Positions 28,230 to 38,433 of a stretch of DNA of 64,000 nucleotides are shown here, in pieces (the stretch's first letter is position 1; each line of letters opens with the position of its first letter). The translations under genes were made by a program, and so were the position numbers. This DNA is from an uncultured Armatimonadia bacterium (lineage in GTDB: Bacteria; Armatimonadota; Zipacnadia; CAVVLO01): the NCBI GenBank assembly GCA_963749155.1, contig CAVVLO010000001.1:608001-672000 (forward strand). Reading direction: 5' to 3'. The notes below the pieces were generated by a model that was not told where the DNA came from, searched no databases, and saw only the letters and a list, made by a program, of their open reading frames with translations.

Positions 28230-29589
28230 GCAAGACCGCCAGGTGATTATTGTTGGCGCAGGACCTGCTGGCCTGTTCGCTGCTGATGAACTGGCTCGTG
28301 CTGGCCTTGATGATATAGTGCTGGTTGATAAAGGCCAGCCTGTCGAGAAGCGTCACTGCCCCTTGCAAGAAGGCGCTGCTGCCTGCGCGCGGTGCAACCC
28401 TTGCGCGTTGATGACAGGCTGGGGCGGTGCTGGCGCTTTTAGTGACGGCAAACTTGGTCTCTCCTATGAGGTAGGCGGCGCCCTGCAGGCTGGCCCTGAG
28501 CTACTCTCCCAGGTAGACCAGCGCTGGGTAGCACTTGGCGCTCCCGAGAAGTTATTGGGTCAGGGGCCTGAAGAGGCGCGCGACCTTATTGATCGGGCTC
28601 ACCGGGCTGAGCTTCAACTGGTACCCTTCCGCCTGCGCCATATGGGCTCTGATGGCTCTCGCGAGGTTGTGCAGCGCCTCTGGGAAACTCTCCACTCGAA
28701 AATCGAACTGCGCCTGAGCGCCGAGGTCACGGAACTGCTTGTGCAAGACCGGCGCATCGCGGGAGTGCGTTTTGCCGATGGCTCCATCTTGCGCGCTCCT
28801 TATGTCATCGTTGCCCCTGGCCGCGAAGGCTCTCACTGGTTCGCTCAGGAGATGCGTCGCCTGAACGTGCCACTCGGCAGCGCGCCGGTCGATGTGGGCG
28901 TCAGAGTAGAAGTGCCCTCTATCATAACTGAAGAGCTGACCAGCAGGCTTTTTGAAGCGAAGCTGGTCTATTACTCGAAAGCTTTCGATGACAAGGTGCG
29001 CACCTTCTGTATGTGCCCGCATGGAGAAGTCATATCGGAGTTCTCCAATGGCGTACTAACAGTCAACGGACAAGCCTTCGCGCGGCGCAAGACCGATCTC
29101 ACCAACTTTGCGGTGCTGGTGTCGGTTCAATTCACAGAGCCTTTCGACCGCCCGATTGAGTTTGGGCGCAACCTGGCCAGCCTCGCCAATATGATAAGTG
29201 GGGGAGTGCTTGTCCAACGTCTTGGCGATCTGCTGAGTGGTCGTCGGACCAACGCCTCACGGCTCGCAAAGAATCTCTTCGCGCCCAGCCTGGCGAGCGC
29301 AGTCCCTGGCGATCTCGGTTTTGCCCTCCCTTACAGGCAATGCACGGATGTAATCGAGCTGATGCAAGCCCTCGATAATTTTTGCCCTGGCCTGGCTTCG
29401 CGCCACACTCTGCTTTACGGCCTCGAAGTAAAGTTTTATTCTCAGAAGGTCCAGGTCAACGCGGAACTGGAAACGCCTGTCGAAGGGTTATTTGCGGTAG
29501 GTGATGGCGCTGGTCTGACCAGGGGGCTGATGCAGGCCTCGGTGTCTGGCGTACTGGCCGCTCAGGCGCTGCTAGGCCGACTGGCCTGA
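28222..29589 (+). CDS. FAD-dependent oxidoreductase (COG2509-like) with Cys-rich insert
   Basis: IVGAGPAG, CP...CARCNPC, GWGGAGAFSDGKL, VDVGVRVE, RTFCMCPHG, EVKFYS and GDGAGLTRG motifs. Confidence 0.9.
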   Translation: MPEQDRQVIIVGAGPAGLFAADELARAGLDDIVLVDKGQPVEKRHCPLQEGAAACARCNPCALMTGWGGAGAFSDGKLGLSYEVGGALQAGPELLSQVDQRWVALGAPEKLLGQGPEEARDLIDRAHRAELQLVPFRLRHMGSDGSREVVQRLWETLHSKIELRLSAEVTELLVQDRRIAGVRFADGSILRAPYVIVAPGREGSHWFAQEMRRLNVPLGSAPVDVGVRVEVPSIITEELTSRLFEAKLVYYSKAFDDKVRTFCMCPHGEVISEFSNGVLTVNGQAFARRKTDLTNFAVLVSVQFTEPFDRPIEFGRNLASLANMISGGVLVQRLGDLLSGRRTNASRLAKNLFAPSLASAVPGDLGFALPYRQCTDVIELMQALDNFCPGLASRHTLLYGLEVKFYSQKVQVNAELETPVEGLFAVGDGAGLTRGLMQASVSGVLAAQALLGRLA

Positions 29590-29601
29590 GGATCCAGCCA
29601 T

Positions 29602-30426
29602 ATGATTCACGGGAGGATCGATATGCCTTCTCTTGCAATTTCGGCAACGCTTCAAACAATCGCTCGGAAGAAGCCCCTCATCCACCACCTGACCAACTGG
29701 GTGACCATTAATGACTGCGCTCAGATTACACGTCACTGGGGTTGTCTTCCCGTAATGGCGCATGCCATCGAAGAGGTCGAGGAGATGGTAAGTATTTCCT
29801 CGGCGCTGGTACTCAATATTGGCACCCTTACAACCGAGTTCATAGACGCGATGGCCCTTGCAGGTCGGAAGGCCAACGCGCGCGGTATTCCCGTTGTGCT
29901 CGATGTCGTGGGCGCAGGTGCTACCCGGTTCAGGACGGAGCAAGCCAGGCGACTACTGGACGAAGTACATATTGACTTTCTCAAGGGTAATGCCGGTGAG
30001 ATAGCCACAATGGCCGGTGTCGAGGCTGAAGTGCGCGGAGTAGAGTCGATTTCGGTTGGTGAAGAACCTGCCGCTGTTGCCAGGCGTCTTGCCTCGCAGC
30101 TTCACACCGTAGTGGTTATCACAGGGGCTGAAGATATCGTCAGCGACGGTCAGCGCACCTGGGGGCTGGCGTATGGACATGAACTGATGGGACGCGTCGT
30201 AGGAACTGGTTGTATGAGTAGCTCCACTGTGGGGTGCTTTGCCTCAGTGCGCGGCAAATCACTTGGCGCTGCGGCTGAAGCGCTGGCTGCCTATGGATGG
30301 GCGGGAGGGCGCGCTGCCGCCAAGGCTGCTGGGCCAGGCGATTTTGTGCCTTGCTTCTTCAATGAGATAACCAAACTGGCAGCCCGGCCAGGTGACCTGA
30401 TGCTCGAGGCAGAGGCGCTCTCCTGA
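29602..30426 (+). CDS. thiM: Hydroxyethylthiazole kinase
   Basis: PLIHHLTNWVT, PVMA, LNIGTL, KGNAGEI, TGAED and VGTGC motifs. Confidence 0.96.
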   Translation: MIHGRIDMPSLAISATLQTIARKKPLIHHLTNWVTINDCAQITRHWGCLPVMAHAIEEVEEMVSISSALVLNIGTLTTEFIDAMALAGRKANARGIPVVLDVVGAGATRFRTEQARRLLDEVHIDFLKGNAGEIATMAGVEAEVRGVESISVGEEPAAVARRLASQLHTVVVITGAEDIVSDGQRTWGLAYGHELMGRVVGTGCMSSSTVGCFASVRGKSLGAAAEALAAYGWAGGRAAAKAAGPGDFVPCFFNEITKLAARPGDLMLEAEALS

Positions 30427-31064
30427 TGAGGCGCGCCAGGTGGCGGGGGTTTTATTTCATAACTGATTCTGGTCTATCCAGAAACGGAATTCTGGAAGAC
30501 ACCCGGCAAGCGCTTGAGGCCGGGGCTGTTTTGGTGCAATACCGCGAGAAGGCCCTCTCTTTCGAGGCCCGCCTTGCCGAAGCCAGGTCTGTACAAGCCC
30601 TCTGTCGCGCAGCTGGACGGCCTTTCATCCTTAATGACGAGGTCGAGTTAGCCCTGGCTGTGGAAGCGGATGGCCTTCATGTAGGTCAGACTGACACCGA
30701 AGCCCTTACGGCCAGACAAAGACTGGGCAAAAAGGCAATACTCGGAGTATCAGTTGGCTCTCCCGAGGAAGCCCGGGCCGCCGAAGCCGCGGGGGCCAGT
30801 TATCTGGCTGCGAGTCCAGTTTTTGCCACCCCCACCAAACCTGATGCGCCTGAGCCTGTAGGGCTGGAAGGCCTGAGAGCCATCCGGGAAGTGACCGAAC
30901 TCCCTCTGGTGGCTATCGGTGGGGTGAGTGAAACCAACGCAGCCGCGCTCATCGAGGCCGGCGCTGATATGCTTTGTGCTATCTCGGCTTCGCTTGCAGA
31001 TGGAAAAGTAGACGAAAACATCCAGAGATTGTTGATTGCGGCTGGCTTTCGAGGGGAACCATAA
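30426..31064 (+). CDS. thiE: Thiamine-phosphate synthase
   Basis: YFITD, VQYREK, ILND, GLHVGQTD, FATPTK and VAIGG motifs. Confidence 0.96.
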   Translation: MRRARWRGFYFITDSGLSRNGILEDTRQALEAGAVLVQYREKALSFEARLAEARSVQALCRAAGRPFILNDEVELALAVEADGLHVGQTDTEALTARQRLGKKAILGVSVGSPEEARAAEAAGASYLAASPVFATPTKPDAPEPVGLEGLRAIREVTELPLVAIGGVSETNAAALIEAGADMLCAISASLADGKVDENIQRLLIAAGFRGEP

Positions 31065-31073
31065 GCTAGAGAG

Positions 31074-31150
31074 TGGTCGGGGCGACTGGATTTGAACCAG
31101 CGACCTTACGGACCCGAACCGTACGCGCTACCAAGCTGCGCCACGCCCCG
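31074..31150 (-). tRNA. tRNA-Pro(CGG)
   Basis: Reverse complement CGGGGCGTGGCGCAGCTTGGTAGCGCGTACGGTTCGGGTCCGTAAGGTCGCTGGTTCAAATCCAGTCGCCCCGACCA is a 77-nt cloverleaf with anticodon CGG, GTTCAAATC T-loop and encoded CCA. Confidence 0.97.
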
Positions 31151-31159
31151 ACGGGCAGG

Positions 31160-31188
31160 ATTATAGCACCCGCCCCGCGGCTGTGCAA
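31160..31188 (-). promoter_or_regulatory. tRNA promoter
   Basis: Minus strand TTGCAC, 17-nt spacer, TATAAT with TG extension, about 10 nt upstream of the tRNA 5' end. Confidence 0.7.
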
Positions 31189-31243
31189 CGATGCGGGTCA
31201 GGTTTCTACCTGCGCTCTCGGGCGGCCCCGAAGGGCAGCCTTC

Positions 31244-31252
31244 TGTTATAAT
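31244..31252 (+). promoter_or_regulatory. Extended -10 promoter (TGTTATAAT) for the murJ operon
   Basis: TGTTATAAT about 30 nt upstream of TTG 31281. Confidence 0.55.
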
Positions 31253-31280
31253 CCCTGCACTTCACCAAGGGGGTCGGCGC

Positions 31281-32837
31281 TTGACCAAAGGCTCGGCAAG
31301 AGCAGGGCTCTACCTGGCAGCAGGCATCTTCCTCAGTCGCCTGCTGGGGATGCTGCGCGATGCGTTGCTCTCCGACCGTTTCGCGGGCGAGGCAGTGTCG
31401 GTTTTCCTCTATAGCCAGCGGCTTCCCTTCAGCCTTGCGCAACTGCTGGTTGGCGGTGTGACAGCTATCCTCGTGCCCGAACTCGCCGCGAGGCTCGCTA
31501 GTGGTGATAAAGAGCAGGCTTCGCGTCTGGCGCGTGTCGCGCTCAGTTACTGGTTCGCAGGTTTCGCGTTACTCTCGGTGCTTACGATGCTTCTGGCCAA
31601 GCAATTGGCTTTTCTGGTGGCGCCCGAATTACCTGCCGCTGAAATGGACGCTACCGCCGCGATGCTGCGCCAGCTTGCCTGGCTTACCTTTTTCAATGGG
31701 ATGGGTGGCCTTCTCTTTGCCGTTTTACAGGCTACAGAGCGCTTCACTCCCCTTGCGATCGCCCAGTTGATGCCCAACATAGCCATCGTTTTGGCGCTTA
31801 TGTTTTTCGCAGAGCCACTTGGTATCACCAGCGCCGCGGTCGGTACGCTGGTTGGAGGGGTGCTCTACTGCTTGGTTCTTCTTGTCTTCTGGCGCGGGAC
31901 AGGGCTTACTTTCCGGTTCTGCTTCCGGGCCGAGGGGGTTGATTTTTGGCGATTAACCGCACTGACTGTGCCTCTGATCCTTGTAATGGCGGGCTTCGAC
32001 CTGGGTTCCTGGGCTCAGGGAGTACTTGCTTCGGGCAGTGAAGGCAGTCGCTATGATTTGCTTAGTTATGCCTATCGAATCGCCGAGTTGCCTTTTGGCA
32101 TCTTCGTAATCGCCATCTTTACCGTGCTCTTCCCTCAACTTGCCCGGAGCGCCGGCGAGAAGGACGTCGCCAAATTGAAGCATCAGGTAGGCAGCGCGAC
32201 ACGTGTCAGCCTGTTCCTTATAATGCCTGCTGCGGCCTTGCTTGTCGCGCTGGCTGGCCCGGTTGTGCGTTTCCTGCTCCAGCATGGCGAATTTGGCCCT
32301 GAGGAGGGCCGTATCACGGCTTTACTTGTACAATGCCTGGCTGGCTGGATGATTGCGAGATCTCTTCTTCAGCTTGCTCTGGCCGTCTACCTGGCTCTTG
32401 AGGAAATCCTGGTGCTCTTCCTGGGGCAAGTGGCAGGGGTCGTATTGATTTTCTTTTTCGGCTACCTGATGCGTCCCTTCGGCTTGTGGGGGCTCGCGGT
32501 GGGAGGCACCCTGGCTGGCGCGCTCGAGGTGGTGGGACTAGGCTTATGGCTGCGCCACAAGTATGGCACCTGGGGCATCCGCAGAGCGGTGACCTCCGGA
32601 CTGATTTTCCTGGTACCTTCAGCTTTGCTCGGGGTTGCGGCTTTTATGACCCACGCTCTGCTTGCGAACCAGCTTGGCGCTGGACTGCGTGGCCAGGCGC
32701 TTGCGCTTGTGGCTGCGACCCTCGTTGGGCTGTTAGTCTACCTTTTCTTTGCCTGGCTGATGCGGCTGCCAGAACTGAAACTCCTTGGCAGTTCGTTGCG
32801 ACAGCGACTGGTGAAAAGTGAGGAGAGCGCTCAGTGA
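31281..32837 (+). CDS. murJ: MurJ/MviN-family lipid II or polysaccharide flippase
   Basis: SRLLGMLRD, LSYAYRIAELPFGIF...T.LFP.L, P.VR.LLQHGEF, about 14 TMs. Start moved to TTG 31281 (SD AAGGGGG). Confidence 0.85.
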   Translation: MTKGSARAGLYLAAGIFLSRLLGMLRDALLSDRFAGEAVSVFLYSQRLPFSLAQLLVGGVTAILVPELAARLASGDKEQASRLARVALSYWFAGFALLSVLTMLLAKQLAFLVAPELPAAEMDATAAMLRQLAWLTFFNGMGGLLFAVLQATERFTPLAIAQLMPNIAIVLALMFFAEPLGITSAAVGTLVGGVLYCLVLLVFWRGTGLTFRFCFRAEGVDFWRLTALTVPLILVMAGFDLGSWAQGVLASGSEGSRYDLLSYAYRIAELPFGIFVIAIFTVLFPQLARSAGEKDVAKLKHQVGSATRVSLFLIMPAAALLVALAGPVVRFLLQHGEFGPEEGRITALLVQCLAGWMIARSLLQLALAVYLALEEILVLFLGQVAGVVLIFFFGYLMRPFGLWGLAVGGTLAGALEVVGLGLWLRHKYGTWGIRRAVTSGLIFLVPSALLGVAAFMTHALLANQLGAGLRGQALALVAATLVGLLVYLFFAWLMRLPELKLLGSSLRQRLVKSEESAQ

Positions 32838-33916
32838 AAGTCGCCCAACTCACTTACAGTTACTGGCCTATAACGGGCGGCGCCGACGTCTATGCCGAGT
32901 TGCTGCGCAGGACGCTGGCTGCCCCCGAAGTCGAACAGACCCTCTACCAACGCTTTGTGGAGGACGCTCCCGGGGAGGTGCGTTGCTTCCCCGCCTGGAG
33001 CCGCAGGCCGCGCCGGTTCGAGTACTGGAGTTGCGCGCTTGCTGCTCGCTTCCTTGGACCTGAGCTACGCAGGTATGACCGAGTCATCGTCCATTATCCT
33101 GCCTATTTACCTGCCGTCGCCCATCACCCAGGAACGGTCTGCCTGTCTCACGGGATAGACTGGGATGACGCCCCGGGCAGCGCTCGAAGCCGCCTGAAGG
33201 CTCGATTTGCTCATCGCGCCTTCGCCCAGGCGCCAGTTTATGTTGCCAATGACACCCATTTCCTGCGGGAGATGGGCCTGGACATCCAACCTGCAACTCG
33301 CGAGTTTGAAGAGGTTGTCCCCGGTCGCTGGTATGTGCCCAACTGCGTAGATTGTGAGCACTTCACGCCAGGCCCTCCCTTGGCAGAACTGACTGGGCAA
33401 GAGTGGTTGTTACTGCCTCGCAACTTGTATCGCAATCGAGGCATCCATTTGGCCATCGCTGCCTTCAAGCTGATTGCTCCGCGTTATCCAGGCCTGCACC
33501 TGCTGGTGGCTGGCTCTCCCGGTCAGCCTGCCTATCTTGCTGAAGTGATGAATCAGGTACGCTCGCTGGGCCTTACTGGCCGCGTTTATTTTGTGGGAGG
33601 TGTGCCTGCCGACCAGATTGTTGACTATTATCGCTCTAGCCTGCTGACGCTAATCCCCTCGCTATGCGGGGAGGGCACTTCACTTGCAGCGCTGGAGAGT
33701 ATGGCAACCGGCTGCCCAGTTGTCGCAACGAAGGTAGCTGGCTTGCGTGACTTGCCTTGCCTGCTTTCCGAGCCTTCCGCCGAAGCGCTTGCCGCCAGTA
33801 TCGAGCAGGCGCTTACCGACCGAGATTCTTTTGCCACAGCTCAGCGCCAGGCGGTGCTGGAGCGCTTCAACCTGCCGCAATGGCAGGCTTTTTGGCGCGG
33901 GTTGGTGCTTGCCTGA
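32834..33916 (+). CDS. Glycosyltransferase family 4
   Basis: Y.PITGGA, VPNCVD...F.P and PSL..EGTSLAALESMATGCPVVAT motifs. Confidence 0.9.
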   Translation: MKVAQLTYSYWPITGGADVYAELLRRTLAAPEVEQTLYQRFVEDAPGEVRCFPAWSRRPRRFEYWSCALAARFLGPELRRYDRVIVHYPAYLPAVAHHPGTVCLSHGIDWDDAPGSARSRLKARFAHRAFAQAPVYVANDTHFLREMGLDIQPATREFEEVVPGRWYVPNCVDCEHFTPGPPLAELTGQEWLLLPRNLYRNRGIHLAIAAFKLIAPRYPGLHLLVAGSPGQPAYLAEVMNQVRSLGLTGRVYFVGGVPADQIVDYYRSSLLTLIPSLCGEGTSLAALESMATGCPVVATKVAGLRDLPCLLSEPSAEALAASIEQALTDRDSFATAQRQAVLERFNLPQWQAFWRGLVLA

Positions 33917-34793
33917 TGGACACCCCGCGCTTGTCGGTCTGTCTTGTAAACTGGAATACTCGCGACCTGCTCGCCAGGTGTCTCGAGACCCTTGCCGAGT
34001 ATCCGCCCAACTGCTCCTACGAGGTGCTGGTTGTAGATAACGCCTCAGCCGATGGTAGCGCTTCACTTGTAGCAGAACAGATTTCCCGAGGCGCGTCTTT
34101 TCGCCAATGACGCCAATCTTGGTTATGCCGCCGGTAATAACCAGGCCCTCGGTGGCAGCTCGGGGCGAACTCCTTTTACTGTTGAATCCTGACATTGAGA
34201 TTCTTCCTGAAGCCTTGGCAAAGCTCGTGGACTTTATGGATGCGCATCCCCGCGCTGGCGCCTGCGCGCCCCAGCTTGTGAACCTCGATGGCTCTCCACA
34301 GCCTTCTTTCCGGCGGTTCCCAACCCCCAGTGCCGTACTTGCGGGGTTGCTGGAATCGGCAGGTTTCAATGTGAAGCGGCCCTACAAGTTTTTTGTTACG
34401 CCCGAGGCAGGTCCAGTCCAGGTAGAACAGCCAATGGCATCGGCGACCTTGCTGCGACGGGTTGCTCTTGATGAGGTGGGCTTATTCGATGAAGGATTCC
34501 CGCTCTTCTTCAATGATGTAGACTTGTGTCTGCGCCTTGTACAAGCGGGATGGGAGATCTGGGCGGTGCCAGCCTCGCAGCTCATCCACCACGGAGGCGC
34601 TTCAACTCGTCAGGTGCGGGTAGAAGCCGTGCGCGCCTCGCATCGCAGTCTGTTAAGATTCTACCGGAAGCATTATTATGGACGCGTTCCTGCACTTGCC
34701 TATTGGAGCGTAGTATTTGCCGCGCACCTCGGCGGAGGAATTCGGATATTGCTTGCCAGACTGTCCAACCGGAGGACTGGAAATGCTCGATAA
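33916..34793 (+). CDS. Glycosyltransferase family 2 (WbbL-like), two +1 frame breaks near 34081 and 34151
   Basis: VNWNTR and VVDNASADGS. The linker FPEARLFANDANLGYAAGNNQA is read in a third frame, then LLLNPD, FFNDVDLC and HHGGAS follow. Confidence 0.85.
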
Positions 34794-34968
34794 AGACTTT
34801 CTCAATCTATTGGTTTGTCCCGCCTGCAAGGCTCCGCTGCTTCAGGATGGCGATAATCTGGTTTGCCAACGTGAAGATTGCGGTCTGCGGTATCCAGTAG
34901 AGGACGGGGTGCCTGTTTTGCTTGTCGACCGCGCCACCAAACCCGACGACAAGCCAAAGGAAGCCTGA
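34783..34968 (+). CDS. Trm112/YcaR family protein
   Basis: MLDKDFLNLLVCPACKAPL...LVC...YPVEDGVPVLL. SD GGAGG. Confidence 0.92.
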   Translation: MLDKDFLNLLVCPACKAPLLQDGDNLVCQREDCGLRYPVEDGVPVLLVDRATKPDDKPKEA

Positions 34969-34971
34969 CGA

Positions 34972-35856
34972 GTGGAGCTTTCAGTTTGTATCTTGACGTG
35001 GAATGCCCGCGAGTATCTCGAGGAGGCACTCGCTACGCTTGCCCCGGTTGTTGCCTCGGGCTTCTGTGAAGTTATTGTTATTGACAATAACTCGACTGAT
35101 GGCACTTCAGGTTACCTCACCCAGGAACACCCTGATATTCGTCTGATTACCAACAAGTCCAACCGAGGTTTCGCCGCGGGAAATAACCAGGGGCTGGAAG
35201 TAGCCAAGGGCCGTTACTTGATGATCCTGAATCCTGATACCCTTGTTCATCCTGAAGCCTTTGAGACTCTGGTCGCCTATCTGGATTCGCATCCCAAGGT
35301 CGGCATAGCAGGCCCCAAGCTGCTCAATAGAGACGGCAGCCTGCAATTTTCTTGCAGGCGATTTCCGAAGCCTCTTGCGGCCGCCTTTCGCAACACGCCT
35401 CTTGGCAGGCTGTTTCCCAACAGCCATCTGGTAAGAGATTATCTGATGCAGGATATGCCTCACGATGCCGATGGCGCTGTGGACTGGCTCTCGGGTGCAG
35501 CCATGATCTTCCGCCGCGACGTGTACGAGCTACTCGGCGGGCTTTCGGAAGACTATTTTATGTATCTAGAGGACGTGGATTTCTGCCTGCGCGCTCATCA
35601 AGCAGGATGGGAAGTACATTATGTTCCCGAGGCGGTCATTACTCATGTCATTGGAGGAAGCAGCAGCAAGAATCCCTTGCCAATGGTTATTGTCTTTCAC
35701 AAGAGTATGTATCGTTATTTCGTAAAGCATCAATCCCCTGGCTGGAAGGCGCTGCTCAGGCCTTTGGCTGCTAGTGCTCTCGCTGCCCGCGGGTTTACTG
35801 TTGCCGTAAAAGTCTGTTTCGATTTGCTGAAAGATCGGCTCAGAGGGAAGGCTTAG
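34972..35856 (+). CDS. Glycosyltransferase family 2 (WbbL-like)
   Basis: IDNNSTDGT, NRGFAAGNNQG, LNPDT, DWLSGAA and YFMYLEDVDFC motifs. Confidence 0.92.
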   Translation: MELSVCILTWNAREYLEEALATLAPVVASGFCEVIVIDNNSTDGTSGYLTQEHPDIRLITNKSNRGFAAGNNQGLEVAKGRYLMILNPDTLVHPEAFETLVAYLDSHPKVGIAGPKLLNRDGSLQFSCRRFPKPLAAAFRNTPLGRLFPNSHLVRDYLMQDMPHDADGAVDWLSGAAMIFRRDVYELLGGLSEDYFMYLEDVDFCLRAHQAGWEVHYVPEAVITHVIGGSSSKNPLPMVIVFHKSMYRYFVKHQSPGWKALLRPLAASALAARGFTVAVKVCFDLLKDRLRGKA

Positions 35857-37969
35857 TGAAACGCAAACCAGTCCAGAATCAGCCCTCTTTGCCTGAACGC
35901 TGGGAAGCTTCACTCCCCTGGATTGTAGCTTTGATGCTCGCCCTCGCGCCTCTGTTGCTCGGTCGTCTCTCGCCCATACCTGCGCTTGCTGCTTGCTCTC
36001 TGCTTTCGTTGCTCGTGCTTGTTGATCTCCTGCTTGTGGGCAAGAAAGCCTCAGGGCCTTGGCAGGCCAGCCTTCCTTGCTTTGGGCTGCTTCCTGCTAC
36101 TTAACTGGCTCTCTCTCCTAACCAGTGTAGACTTCACCGTATCACTTGCGGCTGTGCTCCAGCTTACTGCCGGGGCGCTTGCGGTCTGGCTTGTCCTGCG
36201 AGCCGCCCCACAACCTTCAACCTGGTCTTTCGCAATCTACGGCCTTGTTATTGGGGCTTCTCTGGTAGCTCTGTGGGGACTCAAAGAGTACGTAATCACC
36301 CTCCAATCAGGCACTTTCACCAGTTGGCGGACTTTCTCGACTTTCGATAATCCCAATCTCCTGGCAGGTTTCCTTGCAGTTAGCCTTCTGCTTACCTGTG
36401 CACTTGGCTTGAACGCGCTGCGTCAGAAATCCTGGCCTGGAATCCTGTTACTTGGCCTGACCGCCCTTCTGCAGCTCGCAATCCTGGGCACAACCGCCTC
36501 ACGTGGAGGGGCACTCGCTTTGCTGGCTGGCCTGGTGGCCTTCAGTTTTGCCCTGAGCTGGGGCAGGCCTGCAGCCAAACGCCTGGCACTTGGCTGTCTG
36601 ATAGCAATTGTTTTGCTTTCTTCTTTGATACTTGTGCCGCCAGTGAAAGCCAAAGTAAGCGCTGCCTTCACAGGCCGTGCGTCTTCGACGATATTCCGGG
36701 CCTATACCTGGGCAGGCACGGCAAGAATTGTTGCTGCCAGGCCACTGCTTGGTTTTGGCCCTGGCACTTTCCCTATCACTTTTGCCCAATACAAACTTGC
36801 CGCTTACACCCGGATGGCACATCAGGATTATCTTCAGTTCGCGGCCCAGGCTGGCCTTCCGGCAGGGCTCGCTTTCTTGGTCTTTATCGTCCTTGCTCTT
36901 CGAGCCAGTTTCCCAAAAACTGATGACGAAAATCCTCGGCGCTTGCTGCAAGCTGCAGTCTTTGGCGCTTTGGTTGCCCTTGCCGCCCATGCACTCGTCG
37001 ACTATGACCTGCAGGTGCTCTGTGGATTCCTTATTTGCTGCGCCCTTGCCAGTCTGGCACTTGGCCCCTCCTCAGGCGCAGTATCTGGCAAAATGAAAAC
37101 TCCCAGCCGCATCGTGCTTGGCGCCGGACTGCTGGCACTGCTTGGGGTCTCATATATGCAGCTTGTTGTCGAACAGGAACTCCAGCTTGGATTACTGGCT
37201 GTTGCGGAAGGCAATAACCGAGAAGCCGAAGTCCATTATGCCAGGGCTGCCAAAGCTAGTTTTCATAATGCCGAGGCAGAACTTGGCCTTGGTGAGGCGC
37301 TTGTCGGCCAGGCGGTCGCGTCCGGCAACGAGTCAACTTTTAACAGAGCCGAGGGTCCTTTCCAGAAAGCTGCCCAATACTCACCTCAGAATCCGAAATA
37401 CGCCTTCCGTCAGGCGCGCTATTTTCTTATGAAGCGGGATGCTGAGCGCGCCCTGGAAGCCCTGACCAGGACTCTGGAGCTTGATCCCCATTACATCAAA
37501 GCCTATCTGGTTAAGGCTCAGGTGCTCAGGCAACTTGGCCGTGAATCCGAGGCAACGGCTCTCTGGCAACAGGTACTCGCTCTCGAACAGACTGCTTTCG
37601 GCACCATCCGCCCCCTTGAGTTTGGTAAAGAGACAGGTTATGCCAGTGCAGCCTATTTCCTTAGGCCGGCAGGCGCTCGCGGCTGGTAATCTGGCCGAAG
37701 CTCGCAGCTTGCTTGCGCGAGGTCAGTCCGTTGTAGCAGATAACCGGTCAATGCCAAAACATATTCTTGAGTCACTCGAGTTTGCTGGCAACTGGACCGA
37801 GGCTGACAGTCGCCAGCTCACGGCAATAGAAGGCTTGCTTGCCCTTTTGGAATCTGATCTGCTTCAGGCTGAGGGCAGGCAGGGCCAGGCTGTTCTAAAG
37901 AGAAAGAAGGGAGAAGAGCTACTTGCCTTACTCGGTGTGAATCTCGAGGAGGCTGAGCGGTTGCTCTAG
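35856..37969 (+). CDS. O-antigen ligase (Wzy_C) family protein with C-terminal TPRs, +1 breaks near 36065 and 37660
   Basis: [41 protein letters not shown] and HALVDY, then TPR repeats. Joins ORFs 35856..36104, 35986..37689 and 37481..37969. Confidence 0.85.
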
Positions 37970-37986
37970 GTCACAGGAGGTGCCTT

Positions 37987-38433
37987 ATGGCGCGTCTGCT
38001 TGTTCTGAATGGTCCCAATCTCAACCTGCTTGGTGAGCGCGAACCTGGTGTCTACGGCACGGTTACCCTTGCCACGATTGAAGCTGAAGTAGCGGCGCTT
38101 GCTGCTGAACTCGGTCATACCGCGCGCTTCTTCCAGAGCAACCACGAGGGCGAACTTGTCGAGGCGTTGCACGATGCTCGGACCGATGCAGATGCCGTCA
38201 TCTTTAATCCTGGTGCTTTCACACACTACAGCTATGCGCTTCGTGATGCCGTCGCCGCGTTGTCGATCCCGGTTATCGAGGTTCACCTGTCCAATGTTCA
38301 CGCGCGCGAGGCCTTCCGACGTCATTCGGTCATCGCCCCCGTCGCAGCCGGCCAACTGGCTGGTTTCGGTTCTGCCAGCTATCTGCTTGGGGTACGCGCA
38401 GCCGATTATATTATAGGTAAAACCAATGAATAG
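37987..38433 (+). CDS. aroQ: Type II 3-dehydroquinate dehydratase
   Basis: [32 protein letters not shown] and [14 protein letters not shown] motifs. Confidence 0.97.
   Translation: MARLLVLNGPNLNLLGEREPGVYGTVTLATIEAEVAALAAELGHTARFFQSNHEGELVEALHDARTDADAVIFNPGAFTHYSYALRDAVAALSIPVIEVHLSNVHAREAFRRHSVIAPVAAGQLAGFGSASYLLGVRAADYIIGKTNE

Noticed and set aside
29560..29620. TPP riboswitch before thiM
   Set aside because: The intergenic gap is only 12 nt and no aptamer consensus is present.
31074..31150. tRNA as an integration site for an island or prophage
   Set aside because: No integrase, no duplicated tRNA 3' end seen, and housekeeping genes lie on both sides.
31073..31414. 113-aa ORF MVGATGFEPATLRTRTVRAT...
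   Set aside because: It is the antisense shadow of tRNA-Pro; GFEPAT is the typical reverse-tRNA translation.
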